This document shows, piece after piece, positions 50,301 through 62,084 of a stretch of DNA of 64,000 nucleotides; the first letter of the stretch is position 1, and each line of letters begins with the position of its first letter. The stretch is from Stylophora pistillata (taxonomy: Eukaryota), in the NCBI RefSeq assembly GCF_002571385.2, contig NW_019218119.1:142382-206381 (forward strand), written 5' to 3'. The translations under genes and the position numbers were made by a program. The notes beneath the pieces were generated by a model. It saw nothing but the letters and a program-made list of their open reading frames with translations. It did no database searches and was not told the origin of the DNA.

Positions 50301-53300
50301 ATTATTTGCTAAACGATTTCTCATAAAGTAATTAAACGTATCATTATCATCGTTTTTTGTTTTTATTATTGTTGTCATTATCATTATTATTATTAGAGTA
50401 ATTATTATTGTAAAATGTCTCACTTTTCAACTTTTTTTCATCGTAGGTCTTTGTTGATATCATCTTTGCCTATTTCTCTGCGAGTGACCCAGACAGTGAT
50501 GTGACGTCATACGAAGTTGCTTGGGGGACCGCACCTGGTTAAACAGATATCAAAGAGTTCGAAGAAGTTACCAACACGACTATATGGTTGGCTAAGTTCA
50601 AAGACAACGCACTCGGCGTAGGAAAAAAATACTACGCTACTGTGCGCGCCACAAACGGTGCTGGTCTTCTGTCAGAAAAGCTTTCTTCCGACGGAATAGT
50701 AGTCGGCAAGTCGGAATACACTTTTGACAACGCGTCCACCGCCGAGTTTTTCTTTGATACGGTAAATGTTAAAGAAGACGGATCGCGCAAAGATGGAGGA
50801 GTGGGAAAGACATACGGGACATTGACTGTACCTGAAGGTGCTGTTGAGGAGCAAGTGAAGTTGAGATCGTACAGCTTGGATGAGGAAACTATGGATACAA
50901 ACAAGACTGAGGAGGGTCCTGTTAGCAACCCTAAGTACACTAGGCCTAAGGTATGATTTTGATTGGTTTAAATAATGACAGATGTCTTTTGTTCCCTTCC
51001 TCGTTCTTTCTCTCTATCTGAATAAAGGCTGATAGTTTCTAAAGAAAATATTTGGGGCTGCGTCGGTGGGGGTAACGAATTAATTTGAATATATCAACAA
51101 AGTTGAAATGGTAAATAATCGTTATAATCGTAACGGTGGCCAATTTACCTTTTCAACTTTCTCTCTATCTGTCCGTGTCTTTCCTTCATTCAGCAGTTTG
51201 TCGGCTTGTTCTTTTTTTGGTTGTTTCTTTGTTCGTTATTTTCCACCTAATGAGTATCCTCCGTCATAGTTAAACTCGAATTTGGACAGTTGCATGGCTT
51301 TTAATGAACATCAATCTCTGAGAATGAAGAAAATGACGTGTACTTTGCAGAAGTGCGGGGAAACTCCTGGAGAATTTTCAATTAGTGCAACAGTAACTTC
51401 TGTTCTCTCATCTCTGTGCAAGACCTTACGAGGAGGGCTGTCACTTGCGGGTGGAATGTTAGAGGTGTAGGTGTGACGACTGACAAAAACATTGCTTGCT
51501 ACATCAGCAACAAACTCACTCATAGTGTTCCTGTTTTAATTGTACAGCAATTCATGCTTGGAAATTACAGTTTTGTCATAAAGGCGTTAGACCCGCAGAA
51601 TGACACGGTGAAAGAAGGCTTCAAGTTTGCTAAGCCAATCACAATTGCCATGTTCTACGACGTTGACAACCTGGTGAAAGCCAACAGTAAGCATGTCAAT
51701 AATGAACTCACCAAGGAAGACATTGACCCTGTGTTGTATCTGTGGGATCCCAAGAATGAAACCTGGTAAGTTTGCTGCTGCAGGTTGTTAAAACTTAAGT
51801 GGAAAAATAGCCATTTAAGAAATGCTTAAAGAATGTGCGAAGCATCGCTTTTTTATTCAGCGAGATGATGTAACTCAAACGTATAATGGTGGATTTAAAT
51901 TTTACATCTCGAGTTACCAGGGATCAATTTTTAGGCCATACTTTTTAACCCTGGAAACAGATTTTTTTAAATTCTCAGTATTCCCAAAGTTCCGTTGCGA
52001 AAGGTTCCAACCTGAAACGATTTTGGGATCTTACGCCTCTCTGTAGAGTAAATCATTGCTTAATTAACTAATTCCTAATTAATTTCATATTTTGATAATG
52101 GGCAAAGGTGATTGATTGGCTCGTGCAATGAAGGACACCTTGATGATTAAACAAGATTTGTCATCATCATCTTGCCATCGTTATTGGTCTATGCATCAAG
52201 CGAAATATTTAGCTTATTGTTTACTTTTTTACTTTCTATCTGTGGCTTAGGATTGATGCCGCTTTCACATGCCCTGAGCCCTGGAGTCACGTGAACAGGT
52301 CGATTAAACTGTTGACAGTAAAAGTCTGTCACCTGACTCAGTTTTCCTTCCTTTGGTCATTCTACGCTAAAAATGGTCTGGTTTTATTCGACAAAAACAA
52401 CTCAAGTAAGTGCGATTGTGCCATTTAAAGAACCCTGTCGTAAAACTAGAGAAAAGTCCACAATCCATATATCAATAGTTTGGCCTTGGTTTACATATGA
52501 AAAAGTTATCCATAGAAGTGTTGATAAAGGTGGATTATCTTAGAGGTTGCTATCTAGATCTTAGTAAAGCAACAAATTATCTGCCTTGCATATAGCAAAT
52601 TCAAATTTGTTGCAATTAAATACCGGACATATCCGAGTCGGATATTGGATTATGTACACTGCTAATTTTCTCTTATTATTTTAAGTGTCATCTGCACACT
52701 ATTCCTAAGATGCCTCCCCAACCTATTATTGGGCTTCTTGCTTTCGGATTGCCTTGATTTCTTATTGGTTTTAACTCGACTACTGACCAAAATTACTAGC
52801 GTGTTTATAGTACGGTTCTTCTTTTTTTTTGCAGAAGTAATCTTCGAAGCTGAAAGGCATATTTATATGTATGTAATGATTTTATTTCCTGTTTCTCTGT
52901 AGTGTACAACGACAATGGAGCTGTAGAAATTACCCTTCCCAGACAAGTCACCAAACTGGAATTTCCAGTACGTAGAGCGAAAGGTTCGCTGGGTGACATA
53001 ACTGTGCGATGGTCTCTTTACCAAAACGATTCATCAGACAGTATGGAGATGCTGTGGCCGAAATCTGGACAAGTGTCATTAACTGATGGTCAGTGGAGCG
53101 ACTCGTTTATCATCAACGTCGATAGTGACAAGAAAGAAGTACACGAGAGCGTAGTCTGGGTCCAGTTAGACAAGACCACAGGTGGCGCTGTCCTTGCATC
53201 ACGTGATCAAACCACAGCCAAGATCTTAATCGCTGGAAATGAAGAGAGGAATGGGAACTGGATATGGATTGTGACTGGCGTCGGTTGTGGAGTGTTGCTT

Positions 53301-55736
53301 ATTATTCTTGTTGGTGTTGTGTGCTGGCGACGTAGAAAGAAACAAGAATCACAGAGGTAATGTTCGAAAGACATTTTTAACCCTAAGCGAATAAATTTTC
53401 AACAGCGAATACTCTTCTTTAACTACTGCTGCAAAGAGCCTGCTGATGAAACTTAAAATTTACCTTGTATAAGAGATACCAAGGAATTAAGTGTAAGGGT
53501 CCTGGCTGGAGCCTTAGCCGGGTTTCCGGGTCGCGATTTAGGGCGATGCACTTTATTTTTGCATCGCCTCGCCTCATAATGGAGTATACGCTGTAAACTG
53601 ATGCTAGTAAGCTGTTAGAGAAACACTAACTGGATAGATATTTATCCAGTATATAGCGTTGTCTACGCTTCCCTTCCAACAACCGGAGTCAGAAGGATGA
53701 AGAAAACACCCCAGCCCTAATATACCACAGAATTGGACAAAGGCTCCACATGAAATGATCCTAAGGCTCTCTAGACACAGTAACATCCTGTCATTGTACT
53801 TTTGTAGGATTGTGGAAAGGACATCCGAGATTGAGCTTCCCTACTGCAGTACAATGCGCGGAAAACGAGACTTGACTGAAAGAATGTATGGTAGCAATGA
53901 TGACACTCTACAACCCAATGTGAATGCTGTTCCACAAATGTATGCTGGTGATATAGGGACATTGAGTCTCGTTCCAAAAAACACACAAATGTAAATCTAG
54001 AAATGCCTGGTTCTAGCATGTAATACGTAGTATGTTGGACATTTGTTTGGTTAAGGGCTGGTATAGCTTATCGACAGAATGCCATGTCATTACAATGCTG
54101 ATGAATGACTTTTTATCACAATATAACATATGATGGAGAGCATGCTAAGGCTGATGCACAAAAAATGTGCTCCTACAAAGAGACTTTCATGAGCCAAAAT
54201 ATTATTCATTTTATTTATTTTTCAATGCAGGCTCCTTTCTTCTCTACCGGGCACCCCTGAGATACATCGCGTGTTGAACCCGGAGCAGTCTGGTGATGAG
54301 GAAACGGACAGCCTTAGCAGTAGTGTGGAGTCATTTTTGGATGAAGGAAGCGACAGCGCAATGCGACCAATTTCTGGAAAGAAGAAAAGCTTCAGACACA
54401 GATTAACAAGTACAGTGATTTTCTGTTCATTTGTGCTTCCTTTTGCGTCTCCTCTCTCTAGGCAAACTTTCCTAAACTAAAACAATAGGAGTTAGACGAG
54501 CAAGTTTGAGTAAGTCAGTTGAGGTTCTTTTTTATTTTAGAAGTGTCTGGGGATAAATCTAGCTTTAGTCTCAAGTGTCAAGGCAGTAAAGGGTGAAGGT
54601 GATCAAGGAGGGACGAGAGCTAATAACATTTCCTCTACTGTTCTTAAAAATACCCAATTATTTATGAGTGATGCATCGCTATATGTCGTATTTTAGACCG
54701 GCTCAGCATGGCAACGAAAGACAAAAACCATCTTAGCCCTGCAGCAGCCCTTACCCCAGCAAGCAGCGACGATGAAATGGAAACTTCTTTCACATCTTCC
54801 AAAAGGACTGGAATGGGTGTAAGTAACCCACTGTATGACTCGGGGCTGAATAATACCCCAGAAGTCTCCGAGGCTGAATCGACATGCCCTCAGATAGGCA
54901 CCCCGGAGTCCAAGGAACGGAAACAAGTAAATGTGAGGTAGGAGGCTGTTATCTGCCTGGAATAGTGTCCTTTACGGTTTTCTTTGACCAATATTGTTCG
55001 TTAGCTAAGAGAAAAATTGATCCTCACAGAGAAAATAGAATGCAACCAATTGTATAAGTTAAAGTTCCTCTTCTCCGCAAGCTCCCTCCCCTCCCCATTG
55101 CCAAAAAAAACAACAACAAACTAACTAACTAACAAACAAGACAAGACAAAACAAAAAAAAAACAAAGACAATAAACTCTAGATTTTACTGACAGGTCGGA
55201 TGTAAAGTAAATCATACGTTGTAGACATCCATATTTTTATACAGGATAGCCCCTTCAGTGTAGTAAACACTGGCATCAACGGGGTCCTGTTACCCACCCA
55301 TCCCCGGCCACCCCAGGGAAGGACATCCATTACGCAGTAATCTCGTGTGTGGGAAATTAACGTCTCCTGCCCCTAACCCTGCAGGAGACGGGACCTCCAT
55401 TTATTCGTCCCTATCCCAGAAGACTAGAATATCTAAACATTTCTTGCTGTTATAGAAAGGTAGCATATCCTTCTCAATTATTTTAAGACCCTGAGTGTTG
55501 GTCCAGCCGGGGCTCGAACCCTCGACCTCCCGCACAACAGTTCAGCGCTCTATCCATTAAGCTAACCGGGAGGCGATTAGCTCAATGTAAATGTGAATGT
55601 TTGCTAACACAATTAAATTTCAATTAGGACGACCAGGGAACATGGAATTAACAGCCAGGATAGGTCTGCTTTGACTGAAAACACCAACACTCCAGAAGAC
55701 TCGGTCGGATACGCCCAAAAAACAACCGAAGATTGA
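26145..55736 (+). CDS. Gene B: ~6949-codon type-I membrane protein with vitellogenin/apoB-like N-terminal domain, ~30 FN3/Ig-like repeats, propellers, ZU5/GPS-like site, Calx-beta, TM and NPxY tail; two premature TAA codons
   Basis: Exons 26145-26333, 28395-28644, 29208-41255, 41673-43300, 43572-44208, 44550-45089, 46139-46328, 46724-50048, 50447-50950, 51548-51765, 52251-52405, 52903-53356, 53808-53990, 54231-54409, 54697-54937, 55628-55736. All GT-AG with consistent phases; total 20850 nt. The last four (cytoplasmic) exons are less certain. Confidence 0.82.
28395..28644 (+). CDS. Gene B exon 2 (lipoprotein N-terminal beta region)
   Basis: tttcag|GTC...LSKPFYFQQEDHGTITDVLFPKRSESPEIAAFKKG|gtaagg. 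Spliced to exon 3 it gives KKGIAGAFQ, resembling the Vitellogenin_N 'N(I)K(K/R)GI...FQ' motif. Confidence 0.88.
29208..41255 (+). CDS. Gene B exon 3, 12,048-nt giant exon
   Basis: Uninterrupted ORF 29198..41302; acceptor caacag|GT, donor CAAG|gtaagc. Contains LPD_N-like helical repeats (IWAFGNLG...IRSAAISALRKL), an apolipoprotein-like helical region, a propeller-like region and ~17 repeats. Confidence 0.93.
41673..50950 (+). CDS. Gene B exons 4-9: further repeats, FG-GAP-like propeller and Cys-rich module; in-frame TAA at 47649-47651 and 50540-50542
   Basis: ORFs at 41693, 43551, 44519, 46716, 47676 and 50588, plus unlisted exon 46139-46328. ORFs 46716 and 47676 are in the same frame, separated by a single TAA. 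Confidence 0.85.
45641..45750. repeat. Short palindromic repeat element in a gene B intron
   Basis: gatggtttgacatata...tatatgtcaaaccatc. Confidence 0.6.
51548..53356 (+). CDS. Gene B exons 10-12: ZU5/GPS-like domain (CHLTQF), Calx-beta-like domain, transmembrane helix and basic stop-transfer
   Basis: FAKPITIAMFYD...LYLWDPKNETWIDAAFTC...LTVKVCHLTQF; VRRAKGSLGDITVRW...GQVSLTDGQ...VQLDKTTGGAVL; WIWIVTGVGCGVLLIILVGVVCW-RRRKK. Confidence 0.82.
55230..55575 (-). mobile_element. tRNA-derived SINE in the last intron of gene B
   Basis: Minus strand begins gcctcccggTTAGCTTAATGG (A box)...GGTTCGAGCCC (B box), followed by a non-tRNA body (accaacactcagggtcttaaaataa...). Confidence 0.75.
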
Positions 55737-56680
55737 AAAGTCACAGCTACTGAAGAAGGCAAAAATTGAGTAGAAGAGAAATCAAAGCCAATGCAAACAA
55801 AAAATTGCATTTTAAAAGCCAAAGAATCAAAACAAAAGCATTGTAGGATATTTTAAGCAGATTTTTGTGTTAAATGATTGCCTTACTTGTTTCAAAACCA
55901 TTCAAATTTTAACAATGTTATTTTAAAGGAGGACTCAAAGTCTGACGGACTTTGATTGATCATCAAAATCATAGAGTTTTAGTGTTTCCTTATAATTCTG
56001 AGGTAACGAGAATTGTCACCATATTCTGCTTCTGTTCGAGAATCATAGGTTTTTAGAACTATTTCATCAGATTTATAGAGGTAAAATTATATAGAATTAT
56101 ACTTGATACAACGGTACTTTTGCTTGAACTGTTAGAGGAAGTAAATAAAGCTGCTTTTAAAAGAATCTCAGACTATGTGAATTTAATGAACAATGGTTAA
56201 GGTCAAATGATTCAACTGAACATCAGGAGAAATGCAATCTATATAAGTTGGAGGGCCGGGTAAACATAAAGATCCACCTATTGAAGGCCACAACAGCTGT
56301 TTCAACGCCAATAATATCATCTTCTTATACCTGAAGATAATCGATAAAGTTAGTTGTTTTTTTATAGGAGGCGAAAATTAATAACTAGTTTCTACTTTTT
56401 TCAACGTTTGGTTCTCGTTAGTGTTACCCCTTTGAATCTCGAAACGTTGCCTCTTTTATCGATACTATTTCCACGTGGAACCTACTTTGGCCTCGCCCAA
56501 GATAAAGATTTTGTCGCGCGGTAGAAAAACATTTTGGTGACTACGGTCTTACGTCATGTAGTTTTAGCAGCCATTCCCACGGTCTCAACATGAGAAACCG
56601 CATGACTTTAGTTATGAGAGGTGCGCCTTAATTCGTAACCTTTGATCCGCTTCATTGACAGTAAGATACAGTGCTGTATC

Positions 56681-56990
56681 TACAGTGGAACCTCGATTTA
56701 ACGAAGTGCCAAGGGAATGGGGAAATTGGTTCGTTATATGGCCGTATAATTGGTTCGTATACATTTTACTGTAACTTTAGCCGGGGTGAAACTGAAGTAT
56801 CGTTGGTTATACCGAGGACTTCGTTATGAGGAGGTTCGTTAAATCGAGGTTCCACTGTCTCGAGGGTTCGTTATATCGGAGTTGTGTGGCATACATTTTA
56901 CTGTAACTTTAGCCGGGCTGAAACTAAAGTATCTTTCGTTATACCGAGGACCTCGTTATATAGAGGTTCGTTAAATCGCGGTTCCACTGC
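56681..56990. mobile_element. Tc1/mariner-type MITE with duplicated right half
   Basis: tacagtggaacctcgatttaacgaa ... ttcgttaaatcgaggttccactgt (ends ~56858), then a second right end ttcgttaaatcgcggttccactg at ~56989. Confidence 0.8.
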
Positions 56991-57333
56991 ATTTATGGTA
57001 CAACCTTAGTTTCTGAGTCCTCTCTATGAAATTGATGAGATTTCAGAACGGTTGATCTTCCCCCCTCCCCTATACCCCCCTCAAAGGATTCCTTTCTCGT
57101 TTGATGTTCGCCTGGTTCCTTGCTCGTCTCAACCGAAGGAGAGCGAGCCTGGAAAAGGCTAACGCGAGAAGGACTGGGTTTAAAATAATGTTACCAAGAC
57201 AACGCGGCCATTTGTTTTCATCCCTTGTTCGCCATATTGCTCGCCATTGTAAAACTAACAATTTTAGGATTTAGTGTTCAGCCTTCTAATCTTCCCCTGA
57301 GGTTTTACTCTTTTGACTTTCGATTTTACTAAG

Positions 57334-60300
57334 ATGTCGATGGCAACGAATTACAGGTACGAAGTGGAGCGTCCTGGAACGAAAAACCTCAGAAAAGCTC
57401 TGAAAAGACAGGAAGAAAGGATAAAGGTTTGTGATTTGCATCTCGACACCGAAAACATAACGTTAACCGTACCAATCTTTGCATAATTATCTGAAAACGG
57501 CATGTATTGTTTCCCTTCTGAATGCAAAGAAAAGAGATTCTTTCTTTTATCTTGAGCCAGTGATTGTTGTTTAATCTTCAGTGACAAGTACATGTGGGTC
57601 TGAAGGGAACACGAATAGAAAATTACTGGCCAAGAAGAAAGCCCTAAATTCCAATACATATTGTCCTTTTGTTAAAAGTCGGTAGACGGATTTGCTTATG
57701 CCCACGCACCCTTGCATTACTACATGTCTGTTTTGTTAAAATATTGTATGTCTTGATTTAAAAAAAAATTGTTCTGCGAGTTTTTCTCTTAAAATTCGTT
57801 CAAAAAAAATTGCCTCAAAAAATTCATTAAAATTAAAATTGCCTTAAAAACAACAACCCAAGAGCTTTTGTCGAGAGCTATTTGCATGAATTCACATGGT
57901 GCACGTAAACTTATCGAACACATTATTCTCAATTTTTTAGTTCTTCGACCAGCACTGAACACGTTATGTCAGAATTTATGTAATTACATTACTTGCTTTA
58001 AAGTTCCTCCTGAAAGGAATAATTATGAAGGGAAATAGATACCTTAAGAGCCTTCCCTGATTGCCTCAAGTACTTTACAGTAGACTCACAAACAGTGCTG
58101 TTACCACATAGAACTCACAAGAACTGAAAATTTCTGTACAGAGCTGTCTTTATTGTATAGAGTGATTTTAATTAGTACATACAATTTGTAAAGGAAATAG
58201 GACTACATGCTGCCCAATTTGGAAATTGGGCAACATAATTTGGCTGTTAGAGGAGTATTTCAAATCCAACCATTTCCAAAATTGGACAAGCAATTGTAGT
58301 CCTCTTACCTTTTAATTGTACAGCTACTCAGCTGTAATCAGGAATTGCTCAGTCAAGCTATTTTTCTTCAATATTTGAAAACTGTTCAATTAAGTATATA
58401 AGTTTGAAACTATCAAAACTAATTCATAATTGGACACTTTTAAAAAATTTAAGAATAACAGCTATGCTGACAATTTCTTCTTAGCTACCAGCTAGGCAAT
58501 GAATATTTAAAAAAAGGTTAAGAAATGTTTCTCTTACAGAATGATGAATTCAACTCTGAACAGAAAGCAAAAGTGAAAAGGTAACCAATTTAGGTACAAC
58601 TATAACTTTAATCAATAGGAGATGTTTGTTTCCTGGTTAACATGAGTTATGAAAAAAGTCAGAATTTTGTATAATCCTAATTGGTAGGCTCAATAATTTA
58701 CAATGTACAGTTTTTCACAGTTGTCAAAAATATTTTCATGGTTGACCCTCACCCACAATCCCTCAGTCTAGCATAATGAGTATGGGGAGATCTCCCTGTG
58801 TAAAGTGATTTTGAACACTTTTCAATACAAAGTATGGTGAATTTTAATTCTGTGAAAAATTTTGTTTGCCAGACTATACATTTCAGTGTTTTTTTTTTTA
58901 ACTTTTTGTAGTGAAATTAGAGTCAACCAGATTGCTGACTGGATGGAAAAACAGGAAGAGGTACAATTATGTCTCAATTAATACTGTAAAAGAGAACCAC
59001 ATACAGTGCATTTACTATTCCTTTGATAAATAAACTGTACTGTGATTTCTCCAGCAAATCATCAGTGTACATGTGTTTGTTCCCAGTAGATGTAAATTGT
59101 GTTGTTCTACAAATGAGATATAATTGTAAACATTATTATTGCATGAAAAGGTTGAACTGTCACCCAACATTACAGAATATTTGCATTACAGAACATTACA
59201 GAATATTTGCAATCAAAGACACCTTCTGTTGTCAGTGCCAATTGGCATATTGAATATTGAAGTTGAATGTTCTGCTACAAAAGTTGGTGAAAAGGATTTG
59301 AGAAATGCTCAGCTGCAATAAGGGTTGCTTCAAATTACTTATTCATCTTACTGCATCTTACCAACACTAAACTTGATTTTTCACTTACATGTACATGTAA
59401 GTGTTGCACTATCTGTCATTTTTTGCAACGACACTGTAAATTGATAATTTTTTTCAAAACATTATAGAGCACTGATATAAAGTTTAAGCCTGACATTGGG
59501 TCATTTTCACCATATATTGCACATGTACTACAGCAACTGCTAATACATATATCTTATTAACCAAGCGTAAGGGCCGTACTGGGAGAATATCGGCCCGAGG
59601 TCTTGACAGTACGGACCGAGCGCAGCGAGGTCCATACAAAAAAGACTGAGGGCCGATATTCTTCCAGTACGGTCCCGAGCAAGCTTGGTTAATAAGAGAT
59701 TTATTACATGACTGAAGTTCAAAGGGACACAAGTGCGGTATCATTCGGGACCATTCGGGACAGTGCCCGGTCCAATACTGAGAGAATACTGCCCGGCAAT
59801 AGAGCATTTTGATTGGTTGATTTTAGTTATTGGCCCTCTGACTTCCCGAGTCGTGTAATAAACAATCATTATTTTAATCAAAAGGGTAACTGACCATGCA
59901 TCTATCCTAAAGGGGTCTGTTTAAATAATGAATCATTCTGCAATGCCAAATCCATTTTGTTATGATGTTTATAAATAATGATACAGCCAGTTATTGTACA
60001 CATGAGACTTTGACTTAATTGAATCTGGAGCTATTGGCTGTTTTTCACAGAATAGTGAGGGACGAATGCTGAAAGAGTGGGCAGCTGACACAAAAGAAGA
60101 GCTTTCTCTAGCAAACAAAGAATTGACAGCTGTAAGTTACAAATTATACTAAAGTAATAAAATGTACTCAGCTAGACTACATACCAAAATGTCCAATGAT
60201 CTATTTTCCAACTACTTTATAGCTCACCCAGGCATTAAGTCAACCTGTCAAACAGTTTTTTTTTTTTTTTAATTCATTTGCACTCATTCTGCACATTATT

Positions 60301-60708
60301 TCAACTCTACTGAGTGCAGTTGAATAATTAATGCACACCTATACATAGCTCAGTCAGGATCTTCTTCAGTGGCGGATCCAGGGGAGGGGCACAGGGGGGC
60401 TGCCCCCCCTCCTTATTTTGGATGAAAAGAATAAATGCAGAGGGAAGAGAAGCTGGCAGGTGAACACACAGAAACAAAAATGGGCCCATGAGGGTGGATC
60501 CACCTCAGCTCAAGGTCTTGATCTGCCACTGTTCTTCACCCATCACTCACCAGTTTGCAATCATCTCAAAGTGTTTAAATTTACATATTTAAACATTCTG
60601 TTTTAGGTTAGAAGAGCCCAGCTTCAGAAGCTGTTGTATACAGAGCAGGCTTTGTATGAAATGGAACTTAATGCACAAGGAAAATCTTTCTTTAAACAAA
60701 GAACATGA
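57334..60708 (+). CDS. CFAP141: Cilia- and flagella-associated protein 141-like (C1orf189 family), 5 exons, ~121 aa; not in the ORF track
   Basis: Exons 57334-57426, 58540-58580, 58912-58960, 60051-60131, 60607-60708. The C-terminus EELSLANKELTAVRRAQLQKLLYTEQALYEMELNAQGKSFFKQRT* matches my recollection of the CFAP141 C-terminal pattern (ELALA.K.L..VR.A.L..L...E...Y..ELN..GKAF). Confidence 0.78.
59549..59862. repeat. Two adjacent palindromic elements in a CFAP141 intron
   Basis: atcttattaaccaagc...gcttggttaataagagat; tttattacatgact...agtcgtgtaataaa. Confidence 0.7.
60367..60531. mobile_element. hAT-like MITE
   Basis: TIRs cagtggcggatcca / tgatctgccactg with a G/C-rich subterminal tract. Confidence 0.7.
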
Positions 60709-62078
60709 GATTTGTTAGTGCATCTGTAAAGGGTAAAGTAATGTGAGAAGATTACTTCAGTGATAGGTATTCACACAAATTGTTAGTTAATGCTTTTTAG
60801 GAGTTAATTGGATTAATTTTAAGCATAAATTGTTCTTGTATGTTAATAAATTTTGCTACTGACCTTTACCAATAGAAAAAATAGGAGGTGACAGTTCATT
60901 CTTACGTCCACAATTGGACATAATTTTTTTAAAAATTCTTCAGGCTGTTAGTCTGCTGTCATATATTACCTAGTAATGAGACTGATACAGTTCATGTACA
61001 TGTAAGACTCATTTTCAACTTGTCTACATGTCAGCTTTTTTGTTAGATATACATACCATGGTCAACTTTGTTTTGGTCTGCAGACAAAAATTAAAGTGGC
61101 TGCACACTAAAGATTGATGTTTTGTGGTGAAAAGAAAATGGCTAATGTTGTATCTGGAAAGACAGGGTTGTGAATAGAAAATGTAATAAATGCAAAATCT
61201 GAATGGATTTGTTGCTTTATTTGAATCATGCTTGCATATCAAGGGGATGCAGGGGCAAGCTTCTCAAAAAAAAATTGAATTCTTTAACTCTCTGAGTGGT
61301 GATTTCTAGCATTCTGAGTGGGACATATATTTGGCTGGTATGAACTTCCTTTGGCCAGACTTTGATGTTAGAATGAGTTTAAATTAAAATACGTATTTCA
61401 ATTGGTTTGATCACAATTCATAAATTAGCCAGAGCTAAAAATGTAGAGGTGGTGGGTTTTGCTGCCTACTGGTTTCTATATAATGACAGCCCTGGTCTCG
61501 GAAAGAACTTCTAGTGAATGATCAACAAATTTTTTCGAGCGCAAATGAAAGATCTTAAAAGACAATCAGTTTGAAAGCTTTCCTGCAAATCCCAAGGCGA
61601 TTTTTTTGACATGTGAATGTCAAATTGGAAGAAAATTACCTCGCAGTTGGACTCACAGTTGTTAAATAGGGTTATAAAGGGAAAGAGAAAAGGAATTTGA
61701 CTTCCAGATAAAAAGCAAAATGTAGTTACTGTTGACATCATTTACAATATACATCATTTTCTGTAAATATACATCCGAAAAAAAATAAGTAAGCAATTGA
61801 AATGAGATTGTGTGCATGATTCGGCTTATTACATAAGTTCCATGGGTGGGGCAAAAGGAAAGCTGTGACCTTCAAGCAAAATTCTCCAAACAAATAAGAA
61901 GGAAGTATGTAGCAGATAAAAGGGAGAGTTATAAATCAGAGACCTTGACAGTTTCAGTTCAATTACCAGCTGCTGTTTGGAAATCAGCCCTCAGTCCTCA
62001 TGTGAACTAGGGTTCAAAGAGTAGACTCCAGAAAAGACAGAGACTGGCTGGTGGGAATCGGGCTCACAGACAAAACAT

Positions 62079-62084
62079 TNNNNN
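62079..62084. other. Assembly gap (Ns)
   Basis: Run of n bases. Confidence 0.95.

Noticed and set aside
55500-55575. tRNA gene on the minus strand
   Set aside because: It has A/B boxes but imperfect stems and continues into a typical SINE body, so it was called a SINE head.
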